From assembly GCF_009914755.1 (NCBI RefSeq), contig NC_060947.1: a stretch of 64,000 bases of DNA; one strand, 5' to 3'. Origin of the DNA: the human T2T-CHM13v2.0 reference genome, Homo sapiens. Numbering within the stretch: the first letter of the stretch is position 1; every line of letters begins with the position of its first letter. The notes under the pieces are model-generated. The model saw only the letters and a program-made list of their open reading frames with translations, had not been told where the DNA came from and did not search any database. The position numbers were made by a program, and so were the translations under genes. Of this stretch, positions 18,111 through 31,639 are shown piece after piece.

Positions 18111-19129
18111 TAGTGTATTATATAATATCTTCATGTATAAAGTAAAGGATTTCTCTCTCTCTCCTCAACTTGAAGCTATGCCTGTCTGAGCACTCTAGCA
18201 CAAATGCAACTGTGGCTGGTATTTACCCCCTAGCACTCCTGGAAGCTATGTTTCACCTATAAAGCACCGCAGTTGTAATATGGCCTCAGACCCTCAAAGA
18301 TCTTTGAAAGTGCCACATCAGGGGAAAATCCTTAGAGAAACAAGGGTGTCAGATTTTTAAACTGAATATAAGATTTTTCTCCCAAAATAACCAAATTCAC
18401 TGAATCAGCCCTTCAATTCACCTACCTTAGGCATCCACCCAAATTTCAGAATTCTTTCTTGTAGCCATGATCCCTGAGAACCTCTTCATTGGGTCATAAT
18501 CCAAACAGATATTTAAGTCTCCTCCACAATACTCTTTTAGGTTGCTGTTACAAAGAGCTGCTCCTTTTCAAACACATTGCCAAGAATCAAATTCTTAGGT
18601 TAACTTACTTCATTCTGTATAAAAACCTGAGTTCCTAGCCCTGATACTGAAATATTTAGTGTGCATGTACAGCACAGTCATACCTATCATTTATTTTTAA
18701 TTGCCATGGGATTATTTTTGCTATAAAGCAATTGTCCAGTTTTTATTTCAACAAGGTAAGCAGAAGCACTGCTTATAAAGAATGAGCTTCATCCCCAGGA
18801 TCAAACAGCTTAGCAAGGTTGAGTCAAATGGCCAATTTATAAAACTCCATTTAAAAAATGTTAAGGGAAACATTAGAAGAAAAGTAAAGTGCTGGGAAAG
18901 TGAGAGACCGCTCTAATTTTATTACAGCTGCAACCATATACATTAAGCCTTTAGGACAAAAAAAGTCATTTAATAATGCCACCCCTAAAAGCTGTAGCAC
19001 AGTATATAACTAGCAATCTGTCTTCTGTAGCCACTCCCTAGGAAAAAAGAGGGTGTGTCAAATGACTAGTACCCCAAACTCGGTGGGAAGACCAAATGGA
19101 CTCAACAGGCAATCTCCAAGCCCTCACTC

Positions 19130-19800
19130 TGCTTCAGCCTGAGGAACATCCTCCAGTTCTTCCAATGTACCATGCTTTCTCTCTCCTCCAGCCTTCACAT
19201 GAACTGTTCCCTCTGCCTAAAATATTCTTGCTCTGCACCATCACCTGTTTTACTCTTACTCACCTTTCTGATCTCATTTAAAATGTCACTTTGACCAAAA
19301 GCTTTCCCTGACCACCCCCTCCCCACAACTTTGGGTTTGTTAATACTGCTTTATGTAACCAGAATGCTATATACTATCCCTGTCAGAGCACATTTTATAT
19401 CACACTGTATTATCATTGCTAATTTGCTTGCCTAATCATCCATTTTAAGCTGTGAGTTCAGTAAAGCAGAGACAATGTGTTCCTTTTTCACTATTATATC
19501 TCAGTGCCTAGCACAGTGCCTAGGAAATAAATATTTATTCAATTGAATATAACTGTACTTGAACTTCCATAGGTAAGAAAGCTGCCAAAATAGTAAATTT
19601 ATGATTGGGAAATTTAACCTTCTCTGGCAATACAGTGTAAAAGTTATGAAATAGATTTTAGAGTCAGCCAACCAGACTATAAGCTTCACAAGGGCAGTTA
19701 CCATAACTGTCATATTCTCTACTACATCCCTAGCCCATTGAACAGTGTTGAGGATATGATGAGAGTTCAGTAAATATTCACTGAATGAATGAATAAATAG
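19130..19800 (+). mobile_element. L2 3'-end fragments
   Basis: gttccctctgcctaaaat...cagtgcctagcacagtgcctagg...aatatttattcaattgaat, and a second tail ending tgaatgaatgaataaat. Confidence 0.7.
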
Positions 19801-19974
19801 GTGGATAGCTCTCATTTTAGATAGTTTCTCCCAATCAGGAAAAGTTCATTGCCTTGGAGCATAAGGGGATCCCCACCAGACCCTAACACAAAATCTACCT
19901 CCTCCATGGAGCTCTTACCTCCACTACCCCTGACCTAACAGGAATCTTTATACCACCCTGAATGAAGTCAGAAG

Positions 19975-20930
19975 GCAAACTTATAAAATGTGAACGGTAC
20001 ACAAAGCTTAGAAGAAATAGTCAATAGGATGGATGACCAAATCAAAATTCAGAATGATCTCAATAAACCAGAATAAAATGCCTAAATGAAAAAGATTCAA
20101 TTTAACTGAAATATGAGCTAAGTCCAGCATTCAAGTTCAAAATATCAATTTCACAAGTACAGCACAGGGAGAGACCAGTCTTGACAGCAGTTTGTGTGAA
20201 ATAGACCTAGAGATTTTAGTTGGCCTCAAGATCAATACGAGCCAGCAGTGAGATCTGACTGCTAAAGATGCTGGTACAATCTAAAGCTACACTAGGAGAA
20301 GTATTTTGTCTGCTTCACAAAAAGCAATTGTCCCACTGTACCCTGTTACAGTCCAACCATATGTGTGATATTGTTTTCAACATTTTAAGAAAAACATTTA
20401 CAAACTGATTAAGTTCAGAGTAGATAAACTAGAATGATGAGAGAATGTAGAAAATATAGTATATGACAGATAGCTAAAGGACCAGGGGACATATACACTG
20501 AGAACAGAAAATCTGGGGTCAAGGAATGTAGCAGCATCTCTAGGAAAGAGGAAAGAAACAGGTGGTAAAGAGTGGTGAGGGGCATGTGTGATTTGAGAAA
20601 GTCCCATCAATGCGTCAAATACACACAGAATCCACCATACCCATGCCACATACATGGCTGAGGACTACTGTCCCTGAGGAAATAAACCAGCCAGCTGAAT
20701 ATTATAGGAGGGCAATTCTAAAAATAATGTTATAATGTTATTATAGCTGAAGCAATCTAAAAATGCAACAGCTTCTTATGAGGCAGAGGCCCAGTATCAC
20801 TGGAAATACTTAAACAGAAATTGAATGCCCACTCTCAAAGATATTAAAAAGCAAATTGTTTTGGAGTCAGATGTTGGAGAAGATGCCTTGAATAACCCCT
20901 CCATGTTGCAAAGATAATAATGATTCTATG
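19975..20930 (+). mobile_element. L3/CR1 LINE fragment
   Basis: gacagcagtttgtgtgaaatagacctagagattttagttggcctcaagatcaatacgagccagcagtg is typical of the CR1/L3 RT 3' region. Confidence 0.65.
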
Positions 20931-20957
20931 TCCTCCTACTTCTCTGAATCCCTAAAT

Positions 20958-21152
20958 CAGGAGTCTCCAAACTTTTGCCTTCTCTGAGCCACATTGGAAG
21001 AAGAAGAATTGTCTTGGGCCATACATAAAATACACTAACACTAACAATAGCTGATGAGCTAAAAATATCACAAAAAAAACTCATAATGTTTTAAGCAAGT
21101 TTACGAATTTGTGTTGGGCTGCACCCAAAGCTGTCCTGAGTGGACAAGCTTG
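20958..21152 (+). mobile_element. MER30 hAT-Charlie MITE
   Basis: caggagtctccaaacttttg...ccacattggaagaagaagaattgtcttgggcc...ggacaagcttg; degenerate 8-bp TSD ccctaaat/ctttaaat. Confidence 0.85.
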
Positions 21153-21319
21153 CTTTAAATCTTCCAATTAATTCTATTCCTCTGGCAATTAACATCCATT
21201 TCTTTGGATTGTATTATATAAGACCTTTGTGAGGGTGAAATCTATGCTAGTCTAGAGGGTAGATTCTATGGCCACTTGCAGAGTAGGCCTCCAAATGTAT
21301 AGTGAATAAATGAATCCTT

Positions 21320-22790
<1,471 letters not shown>

Positions 22791-22792
22791 AG

Positions 22793-23097
22793 GGCCGGGT
22801 GCAGTGGCTCACATCTGTAATCCCAGCGCTTTGGGAGGCCGAGGTGGGCAGATCACCTGAGATCAGGAGTTCAAGACCAGTCTGGCCAACATGGTGAAAC
22901 CACATCTCTACTAAAAATACAAAAATTAGCCAGGCATGGTGGCGGGCACCTGTAAACCCAGCTACTCTGGAGGCTGAAGCAGGAAAACTGCCTGAACCTG
23001 GGAGGTGGAGGTTGCAGTGAGCGCCGAGACCATGCCACTGCATTCACACCTGGGCGACAGAGCAAGACTCTGTCTCAAAAAAAAAAAAAAAAAAAAA
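22793..23097 (+). mobile_element. Alu (AluSx-like) in the L1 poly-A tail
   Basis: ggccgggtgcagtggctcac...cagatcacctgagatcagg...poly-A; TSD ~taagag. Confidence 0.95.
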
Positions 23098-23139
23098 TTA
23101 AGAGATTTCAGAAAACTGAGTGTTAACATTTGCTGGAAA

Positions 23140-23355
23140 GACACTGGGTTTGGATTCAGAATACCTGGGTTCTAGACCCCGTTCAGTAACATATTATGCT
23201 TTTGACCTTTGTCAAATCATTTAAAATTGATTAATCTCTATTTTTCATCTGCAAGGTAAGAATAAAAATGCTTTCCTTGGCCATCACATGGAGTAATAAT
23301 TAACTGAGACAGTGTATCATATAAGATTTAAAAGTGTTTCATAACCTGTAAAGCA
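23140..23355 (+). mobile_element. MIR SINE
   Basis: gggtttggattcagaatacctgggttctag...ttttcatctgcaagg. Confidence 0.6.
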
Positions 23356-23595
23356 CCAGGCATCATTCAACCCACTGGTGTATGAATAAACGGCTAACTA
23401 CTTCTCTGGCAAATTTCTATTGCTATCAATATCAATATTACTCCTCGCCTCACCCACCTCCAGCCTCACTCCAAGAACATGTAAACCTTCCAGTGGCTCA
23501 AGCCATTTGATATTTCCTATGAGGCTCTATTCCTCTCCCTCCTTCTAAATACAAGTACAAAGAACTTTTTTATGTTATTACATCTAAAGGTGGTC

Positions 23596-24009
23596 TTTTA
23601 AACTTTTATTTTAGGTTCAGGGGGTACAGGTGAAGGTATAGGTATAATTACTTTTGCACCAACTGAATAACTTTTTGAGTAATCGCCATACTGCTTTCCA
23701 CAATGGTTGAACTAATTTACACTCCTATGAACAGTGTATAAGTATTCCCTTTTCTCCACAACCTAGCCAGCATCTGATATATTTTGACTTTTTAGTAATA
23801 GGCATTCTGATTGGTGTGAGATGGTATCTCATTGTGGTTTTGATTTGCATTTCTCTAGTGCTCAGTGATATTGCGCTTTTTTTATTCATATACTTCTTGG
23901 CCCCATATATGTCTTCAAAGGTCTAATAACCAACGACTATAAGGAACTTAAAAAAATTTATGAAAGAAAAACAAACAACCTCAATAAAAAGTGGGCAAAG
24001 AATAGGAAC
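23596..24009 (-). mobile_element. Short 5'-inverted L1 (L1PA13-16/L1PB-type) with internal deletion
   Basis: minus-strand 3' end at 23596-23916, followed by a plus-strand ORF2 segment at 23917-24009. Confidence 0.75.
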
Positions 24010-24484
24010 TTCTTAACAATGTGTTGAAAGAAAAAACCATTTGGTAATGGAAAATGGGTGGTCCTCCTACAGCCTCTGCAGCCTGTCTTTTAAGAACCTT
24101 CTTCACCACCATCAAAACCATTAGCCAGGCTCCCAACTTCCTCCTCCTATTCCTATGCTAATTAGGATGGCCATTACTGCATCCCCCAGTCTTCCCCTCC
24201 TCAGACAGCCCCTTGGGCCTCCTTTCCTTTCCTCTTCACTTTAGTAGCTGACTGACTCTGGCTCTCTTCTGAAAACTGTTTCTTGGAAATGCTGTGAAAA
24301 AATCTTCCAGGCTGAAGTACTAAACACTGATAGCATGTCCTTTTTCTCCTCCTTTTCTGGGAGCTGTCCATTGATAGAGATCAAATGCCTTCTTATCCCA
24401 AAGGAATGAGCCACTAGGGGACAGGAATGTCATTATTTGATTACACAGAGCTTTTCATGGAATTTTTTACATAGGCAACATAGG

Positions 24485-25174
24485 TGAAACCGCCTTTGCA
24501 AAATTATGACTGAGACAGTGAAAGAGATCTAACTTAACTGACTCCATCTTGCTTCTAACCTCCAAGCTGTCCTTCTTCATTCCTGGGCGTCAGCTGAACT
24601 AACTTTGGGAAAAACTTAGTTTATCATTTATAGTTTAAACAAAGATGGCAACAGCCCTTTCCCAAAGCCGACCTCCTTCCTGCCTGGGGACTAGGTTGCC
24701 TTTGTAGGACTAACATTAGCCACAAGATTAGAAATGATGGTTTAGAAGTCCTGCAGCTGGAGGCTACAAGATTCTGACCATCCCTAAACTACTCCTGAGA
24801 TCAGTGCTTGAGATATTTTGCAGACCCTGCACTTGATGGATCAGCTGGCACCACCCAGATCAATGAACTGGCTCATTTGATCTTGTAGCCCCCACCCAGG
24901 AACTGACTGAGAGCAAGAAGACAGCTCCGACTCCCTATGATTTCATCTCTGACCAATCAGCACTCCTGGCTCGCTGGCTTCCCCCAACCCACCAAGTTAT
25001 CCTTAAAAACTCTGCTCCCCAAATGTTCAGGGAGGCTATATGAGTAATAGTAAAACTCCAGTCTCCTGCACAGCCAGCACTGCATGAATTACTCTTTCTC
25101 TATTGCAATTCCCCTGTCTTGACGAATCAGCTCTGTCTACGCAGCCGGCAAGGTGAACCCCTTGGGTGGTTACT
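24485..25174 (+). mobile_element. Solo LTR8 (ERV1)
   Basis: starts tgaaaccgcctttgcaaaattatgactgagacagtgaaagagatc and ends ggcaaggtgaaccccttgggtggttact; 690 bp; 4-bp TSD tagg at 24481-24484 and 25175-25178. Confidence 0.85.
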
Positions 25175-25720
25175 TAGGGATAAACTACTCTGAAAAGAAA
25201 TCCTCCCCAAGTCCACCTCTACTCTCTGAGCTCAGTCACCTTTTGGTTGTATCTAAGTATACATGGTTGGCCACATAAGCTAGTCTTGGGTTTGAAAACT
25301 TTGGTAACTGAGAGCACCGAGATCCCAGTGATCTGTAGGTTGTAGTTTGAATACTGATAATAAAGTAAGGGCATGTGCCCCTTCAATTCTTCCTCTCTGT
25401 GATGTTCTGAGATGAACATGGCACATGTAATGTCACTTGTTATGCAATGTAAATTTGTGAATATGCGGCTCCACATAGCAATAGGATTCAGTGAACGACT
25501 CTAAAGAAACACAAATATTTAAAGTGATGTGAAGAGGAAGTCTCACCAACAATTGCAGATTTAAAAAATTGTACCAAAGCCCTTGGCAAAGATTCATATT
25601 TAGACACTAATACAATTTTAACAATTTTCACAACCTTTTGACTTAAGAAATCATTCTTTGTATTTAACTTCTCCCCCTGCTTACTCTTGTAAAGTCAACT
25701 GAATAATGGAAGAATAAATT

Positions 25721-25812
25721 AAATCATGCAACCAGCTGTGTATCTCAAATCACATTCATCTCCTTATACAGACAGGGACAGCTCTAAACTTACATAAGTT
25801 GCTCCAGACAGA
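25721..25812 (+). repeat. 92-bp unique segment, copy 1 (donor)
   Basis: identical to 26774-26865. Confidence 0.95.
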
Positions 25813-26538
25813 TGTATTAATATAGAGTTTGTGGCAGCATCTGCTGTAAAAAAAAAAAAAAACTTATGTTTTTAAAAATGTTCATAATATATGAACTCTC
25901 ATGTCGAAAAATTCCTCTTCACTTTATGGTCTATTCCAGGACTGCAGAGAATCATCTACCAGACACATAAGGTCCACATTCTAGCCTCATCTCTGTCATT
26001 ACCAGTTGTGGGATCCTAGGAAATTATTTTTTCTCCCTATGCCTTACTTTCTTCAACTGTAGAATGAATGTAGTTGGACTAAATCAATTGTTCCCAAATA
26101 ATAGTCCATAAATAGGTACCAGTTTGTGATAAAACATTTATCAGTCCTTTCTGAGCAAAAAATGCACTAATACAATGTAATAAGGTTTTCATTAAGCTAA
26201 ATTTACTCAATTTTAAAAATTCTGAATGTGTGGCTTTATTGGTATTGGACCAAAAAAAGTCCATTATTTTATGATATAGTGGTGCGGAAAAATGGTAATT
26301 TTTTTTAAAAATGTCTCTACTTGGGAAAATTGAAAGTTGTCAAGCCTACATCAGCTCTTATGTTTTGATTTTTAAAATGGTTTTGGTACATTACAATCAA
26401 ACATCAATTGGATGGTATCTAAGAGCCCTTCTAGCTTTAAAATTCCTAGGATTATGCATCATGTAGCCCTTTCTTGCCCAGGCTTTGCCATTCTTTTAGG
26501 GCCACATTCAAAAGTTTTATCTTCAGAACCACTGTATG

Positions 26539-26592
26539 GTTTTTGAGCACTTACTTCAAAAAGTAAGTGTTTTTGAGCACTTACTTCAAAAA
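26539..26592. repeat. 24-bp direct repeat (30-bp period) with internal hairpins
   Basis: gtttttgagcacttacttcaaaaa occurs twice, separated by gtaagt. Confidence 0.9.
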
Positions 26593-26773
26593 CAACTCCA
26601 AGAGATATTGAAGGAATCTGTCAAAATAAATAAATAAATAAATAACTGGTGGGTCTCCTTTATCCCCTCATTGCAAATCCCAATAATCTACAATCTGCAA
26701 CCTCCAAATGTTGGCCATGTCCCATATTGAAGGTCTCAACTATAGCTCATATTACACAGACACAGACACACAC

Positions 26774-26865
26774 AAATCATGCAACCAGCTGTGTATCTCA
26801 AATCACATTCATCTCCTTATACAGACAGGGACAGCTCTAAACTTACATAAGTTGCTCCAGACAGA
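26774..26865 (+). repeat. 92-bp unique segment, copy 2, between (CA)n and (GA)n
   Basis: identical to 25721-25812; flanked by cacagacacacac on the left and gagagagaga on the right. Confidence 0.95.
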
Positions 26866-27942
26866 GAGAGAGAGAGAGACAAAGAGAGAGAGAGAGAGAA
26901 AGAGAGAGAGGATTCCACATTCCCTGTACCCAAAAGATTTGGGGATCCCAGTGGTTATGCCTTAAATATTTCTGGCCCCAAAAAGTCTTGCCTTTCTCAA
27001 TGCTACACACTACTCAGCTTACCAGGTTTACCCAGCTTGCCCTCACCACAGTAACCACATATACCTTTTAATCCACAATGATACACTACCTCACATAAGT
27101 GCAAAGGTTTATGCTTTTTATAAACCTTTTCTATATTTTATCTTGTGGGGGTTATCCCGTATAAACTGAGCTTATCAGATGAGCAAGACAGGTCACTGAC
27201 ATGAGATATATTACATAAAATCAAAGAATAGTTACCACTATCCCCAAAAGAGTCTACATTATCCTGATTTAAAGTAGTCCTTCGAAAATGTCCCAGTTTA
27301 CTCTCAGAGACTCAAAAGAGAAATAAACTTTTATTGTTTTTGTTTGTTTAAAGTACATTTTTAAAAACACAGCTCCAAGTCAAGTTTTTCCTGGCTTAGT
27401 GATGAATCAAGTCTGGTTTTGCTGTTTTTGAGAACACTTCTCCCAGAAAGAATTTCTAGAAAGTTGTAACACATTAGCCGCATGGCTGGCCAAGGAGTTT
27501 TCAAGATGAAAAAGAACATCAGAAACCTCGAATGAGGAAGCACTGGGAGTGAAATGGGCAAGAAAGGGGCTCTTTGATGTCCTGTTTCAAAGACATTTGA
27601 AATGATCAGGAATCTCCTTCTCAATGCAGAGCCTTTGAAACCAAAACTGCAATTTAGGATGGAAGCAATATTAGGAAAAAAAAAAAAAAGAGCTTCCACT
27701 AATTACCCTGTTCCATGAGAGTATAGATTAAGTGAAAAGCTAGTAACTAGGAAAGTTTCTTGCCAGTAACTTTGTGACCTGTCTCAACTTGCCATTCTTT
27801 GCTTCTTTCTGCCATACCATGAAGAAAAGAATCATCAGAATCAACAGAGTATTTTGTTGCATGGTAGCCCCACAGAACAGCAGCCAGCACTTTGCCTGAT
27901 ATATGGGGGACATTCAAAGTTTGGTTGCCTAGTCATGGACAG

Positions 27943-28078
27943 AGGATAACCATATATTTACTATTCAAACTGGAACATGTTTTGAAGGGGAAAGTGTCAG
28001 CTATTAGTTACTACTACATGCGGACAGCAAGCTTAAACTACAACTGTCCCCAGGCAAACCAGCATATGTGATCCCTCT
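27943..28078 (+). mobile_element. MER94-like hAT-Blackjack MITE
   Basis: aggataaccatatatttactattcaaactggaaca...ctgtccccaggcaaaccagcatatgtgatccct. Confidence 0.6.
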
Positions 28079-29519
28079 AGTCATGAAGAATAGGATTCAG
28101 ATGGTGGATTTAATTTCAAACAGTGCTGACTAAAAAGAGGCTACTGCTTGACTCCAGAGAAGTCAGGTGATTGCTTAAGGATGGCCAGATGTTCTCCAAA
28201 GAGAACTCAAGAATGTCTGAGCATGTCTCTAACTTTAGGTTTATGATGTTTTTAATTATATAAAACTAATGATTAAGATAGACAACTGTCACAGCACAGA
28301 ATTTAAAGTATGTAAACAATTAAACTGTATTATCATACTGCCAAAAGTATATAACAGGAAAAAACTTTTCATTGGAGAGTTGATCTCAAGAGGACATGAG
28401 AATTGTTTCTCCCCCAGGAACCCTCCAAAACAGCTCACTCTACTGTCAATAAGTTAACTTACACCAAGATGCAAATAGCTCCTACTGAATGCCCTTGAAA
28501 CAAGTATTCAGGACCCCCATGATTAGTAGAGTTGAAGGCTAGGCCTTCCAACCTTTCTTTATAAGAAACTGAAAGGTGCAATGGATTCATAATGAAACCT
28601 CCATAGCATCTGACCCTCTCTCAGAATATGTCCAACAGAAATCTTTCTGAATCAAGAGACAGCCTACCACCTAGTCATGCACTAGCCATTTTCCTAGCAA
28701 TCTTTTCAGCATCCTCAGAAAAAAAAGCTTGACAATCAAGTTGATCAGAGAATCTACTCTGCAAGCAATGGCAAAGACCGCTTGACCAACCAGCAGCCAC
28801 TTGGCAACATTTCAAGGCTGGGTCCAGAAGAGCTGGAAGCAATTCAATTCCTTGATTTTAGAATCAAGGAATCCCAACAGTTTGAACAAAATTGGGAATG
28901 GTTTTTCCAGATCCCTCAGGGAGAAGACAGCGTCCCTGTTTGTTAACATCAGGATTTATGTTGCTCAAAGCCAACACAACTTGAGGATATACAAAAATGC
29001 ACCTAGATATGTAAGCCCAGTAAACACCCTCAGTTCTGTACTGCGAAGTGGATATTGGCAAAGAAAATCTTTAAATTACCCTCACAGCATGTGTCTCCTC
29101 GGCAAAGCACCAAATGTGCCTTTCTTCAGTAGCCAAACTAATGAGGAAAAGATACATCCACAGATGGCAACAAGACCTGTATTGAGCTAATCATTATAAT
29201 CCTTTCTCCCACCAATGCTTTTACCATACATCAAGCAGCTATCAACATGCCAGAAAAATACCCAGAAGGTGAGTAGCAGAAGGAAATGTGGTCTGACTGG
29301 TCAAAAGTCTTGGCAGTTATTGCTAAGTATTTAAGAGCGGGCTTAAACATTCATAGTTCATGGCCTTACATGTAAGGCCAGCTCCTAACTACATAGTTTG
29401 CCAATTCTCCCCTCCTAGCCACTCCCTCTTCAAGTTATGTGGTGCTATACCAAAGCTGATAAGACTTGCTTATTTCTGATAAACTAAATACTAATAATAT
29501 TACTTCTCTGTTGATTTAT

Positions 29520-30378
29520 ATTTTCCTTTTTAACAAGTTTTATTGATGTATAATAGTTGTACATATTTTAGGGGTATATGTGATATTTTGATACCTGTAT
29601 ACAATGTATAATGATCAAATCAAGGTAATTGGGATACTTATCACCTCAAACATTTATCTTTCTTTGTTTTAGGAACATTCCAACCTTCTCTTCTGGCTAT
29701 TTTGAAACATACAATAAATTGTTAGCTGTAATTTCCCTACTGTACTATCCAATACTAGAACTTATTCCTTCTACATAACTGTATTTTAGTACCCATTAAA
29801 CAACTTCCCTTCATTCCTCCCTCCCCCCTTGCCTTCCCAGCCTCTAGTAACCACTATTCTACTTTCTAACTCCATGAGATCCAGTTTTTCAGCTTTCCCC
29901 TGTGAGTGAGAATATGTGATATTTGTCTTCCTATGCCTGGCTTATTTCACATAACATAATGACCTCCAATTCCACCCATGTTGCTACAAATGACAGATTT
30001 CACCTGATTTATGGCAGAATAGTAATTCCATTGTGTATATGTACCATATTTTCTTTATTCACCTGCTGATGAACATTTCGGTTGATACCATATCTTGGCT
30101 ATTGTGAATAGTGCTACAATAAAGTGAGTGCAGATATGATAAAATATGAGTGCAGGTATCTCTTCAATATACTGATTTCCTTTATTATGGATGTATTATA
30201 CACAGCAGTGGAATTACTGGATCATATGGTAGCTCTATTTTTAGTTTTTCTGAGAAACTTCAATACTGTTCTCCATAGTGGTTGTACTAATTTACATTTC
30301 AACCAGCAGTATATAATAGTTCCCTTTTCTCCACACCCTTGCCAGCATTTGTTATTTTTTTGTCTTTGCTAATAGCCA
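29520..30378 (-). mobile_element. 5'-truncated L1 (L1MA-type) 3' end
   Basis: gtacatattttaggggtatatgtgatattttgatac...ccacacccttgccagcatttgttattttttgtc. Confidence 0.85.
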
Positions 30379-31141
30379 ACTTGCCTTCAAAGGTAAGATT
30401 AACTAGAGTAGGGTTAGGTATGGTACAGTCTGATTTTAAGGTAAATGTCACCAGAATGGCAGCCAAAATTCTACCTTTTTCAGCAACTCACTAATTTCTG
30501 TTAAGAAAGTTATTTTATCTCCTTATATTCTCTTCTGTGCAATGGAAGTTTTGAAGTAGATGACCTAAAACTGCACTTCCAATATTGACAATCTAAGTTA
30601 ATATTAGTCAGAAAGAATATTCATCTACAGAGAAGGCTGACCCTGTTCACAAGTTTTATTTGTGTAGACACCCAGGACCACTCCCACTGCATACACACTA
30701 AAATCCAGATACTTGGATGATAGTTTCAGCCGTGCCACTGGGTCATCTTGGGTAACTCACTTAACGTCTCTGGGTCTTTCTCTTTCTCTGTAAAATAAAG
30801 GAATAAAATGTAGCAGTAATTTTCAAATGATATTCCGTGGTGGCCTTGGATTGCACATCCCTATAGCTACAAATGCCTCAAGATCTGCTACTAGAGAAGC
30901 CAAGAGGAAAAACAAGAGGAAAGCCAATTGTGTGAGACTCTTGAACATCTGTCCCTGTCATGACAGAGCAGCTCTGCTTTTATCTATATTATATTTTTTG
31001 TCTGGGTAAAATTTCATTTGAAAAGGGGGTTCACCATGTGAAAAAAAATTAAAATCCATAGGACAATTTGCTCCCTGAGTTTTGTTTTACAACGAGTAAG
31101 CACTTAGTATTTGCTAAATGAATGATTCTATAGTTCTAAAC

Positions 31142-31489
31142 CAGGAGTTAGCAAACTTTTTCTGGACAAGTTACAGATAGTAAATATTTTAGGCTTTGTG
31201 TGCCATAAGGTCCCTGTCACTACTGCTCAACTCTGCCATTGTAGTGTGGAAGCAGCCTCCTTGGACAATACATAACCAAATTAGCACGGGTGGCTGCGTT
31301 CCAATAAAACTTTATTTATAGACCGTGAAATTTGAACTTTATGAAATTTTCATGTGTCATAAAATAGTACTCTTCTTTTGATTTTTTTTCCAACCATTTT
31401 AAAACATAAAACCATTCTTAGTTTACAGGTTATATAAAAACAGGTGGCGGGCCTGATTTGGCCCATGAGCAATAGTGTTCTGACTCCTA
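31142..31489 (+). mobile_element. MER58B hAT-Charlie MITE
   Basis: caggagttagcaaactttttc...gatttggcccatgagc; perfect 8-bp TSD ttctaaac at 31134-31141 and 31490-31497. Confidence 0.9.
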
Positions 31490-31639
31490 TTCTAAACCAT
31501 CTGTACCCACATGGCATTAAAAAGAAAATCAGAAATAACCACATCATTAAAGGCCACAATCAGTAAATAAACTTAAGAAAAATATTTACTTACAGCTAAA
31601 CTGATCTCTCCCTTACGTTATCTACAACATAGTCTGAAA

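Noticed and set aside
26539-26592. CRISPR-like palindromic direct repeat
   Set aside because: Only two units with a 6-bp spacer, in primate DNA with no cas genes.
28801-29190. 129-aa ORF in non-repeat DNA
   Set aside because: Starts at TTG, with no homology I recognise and no supporting gene structure.
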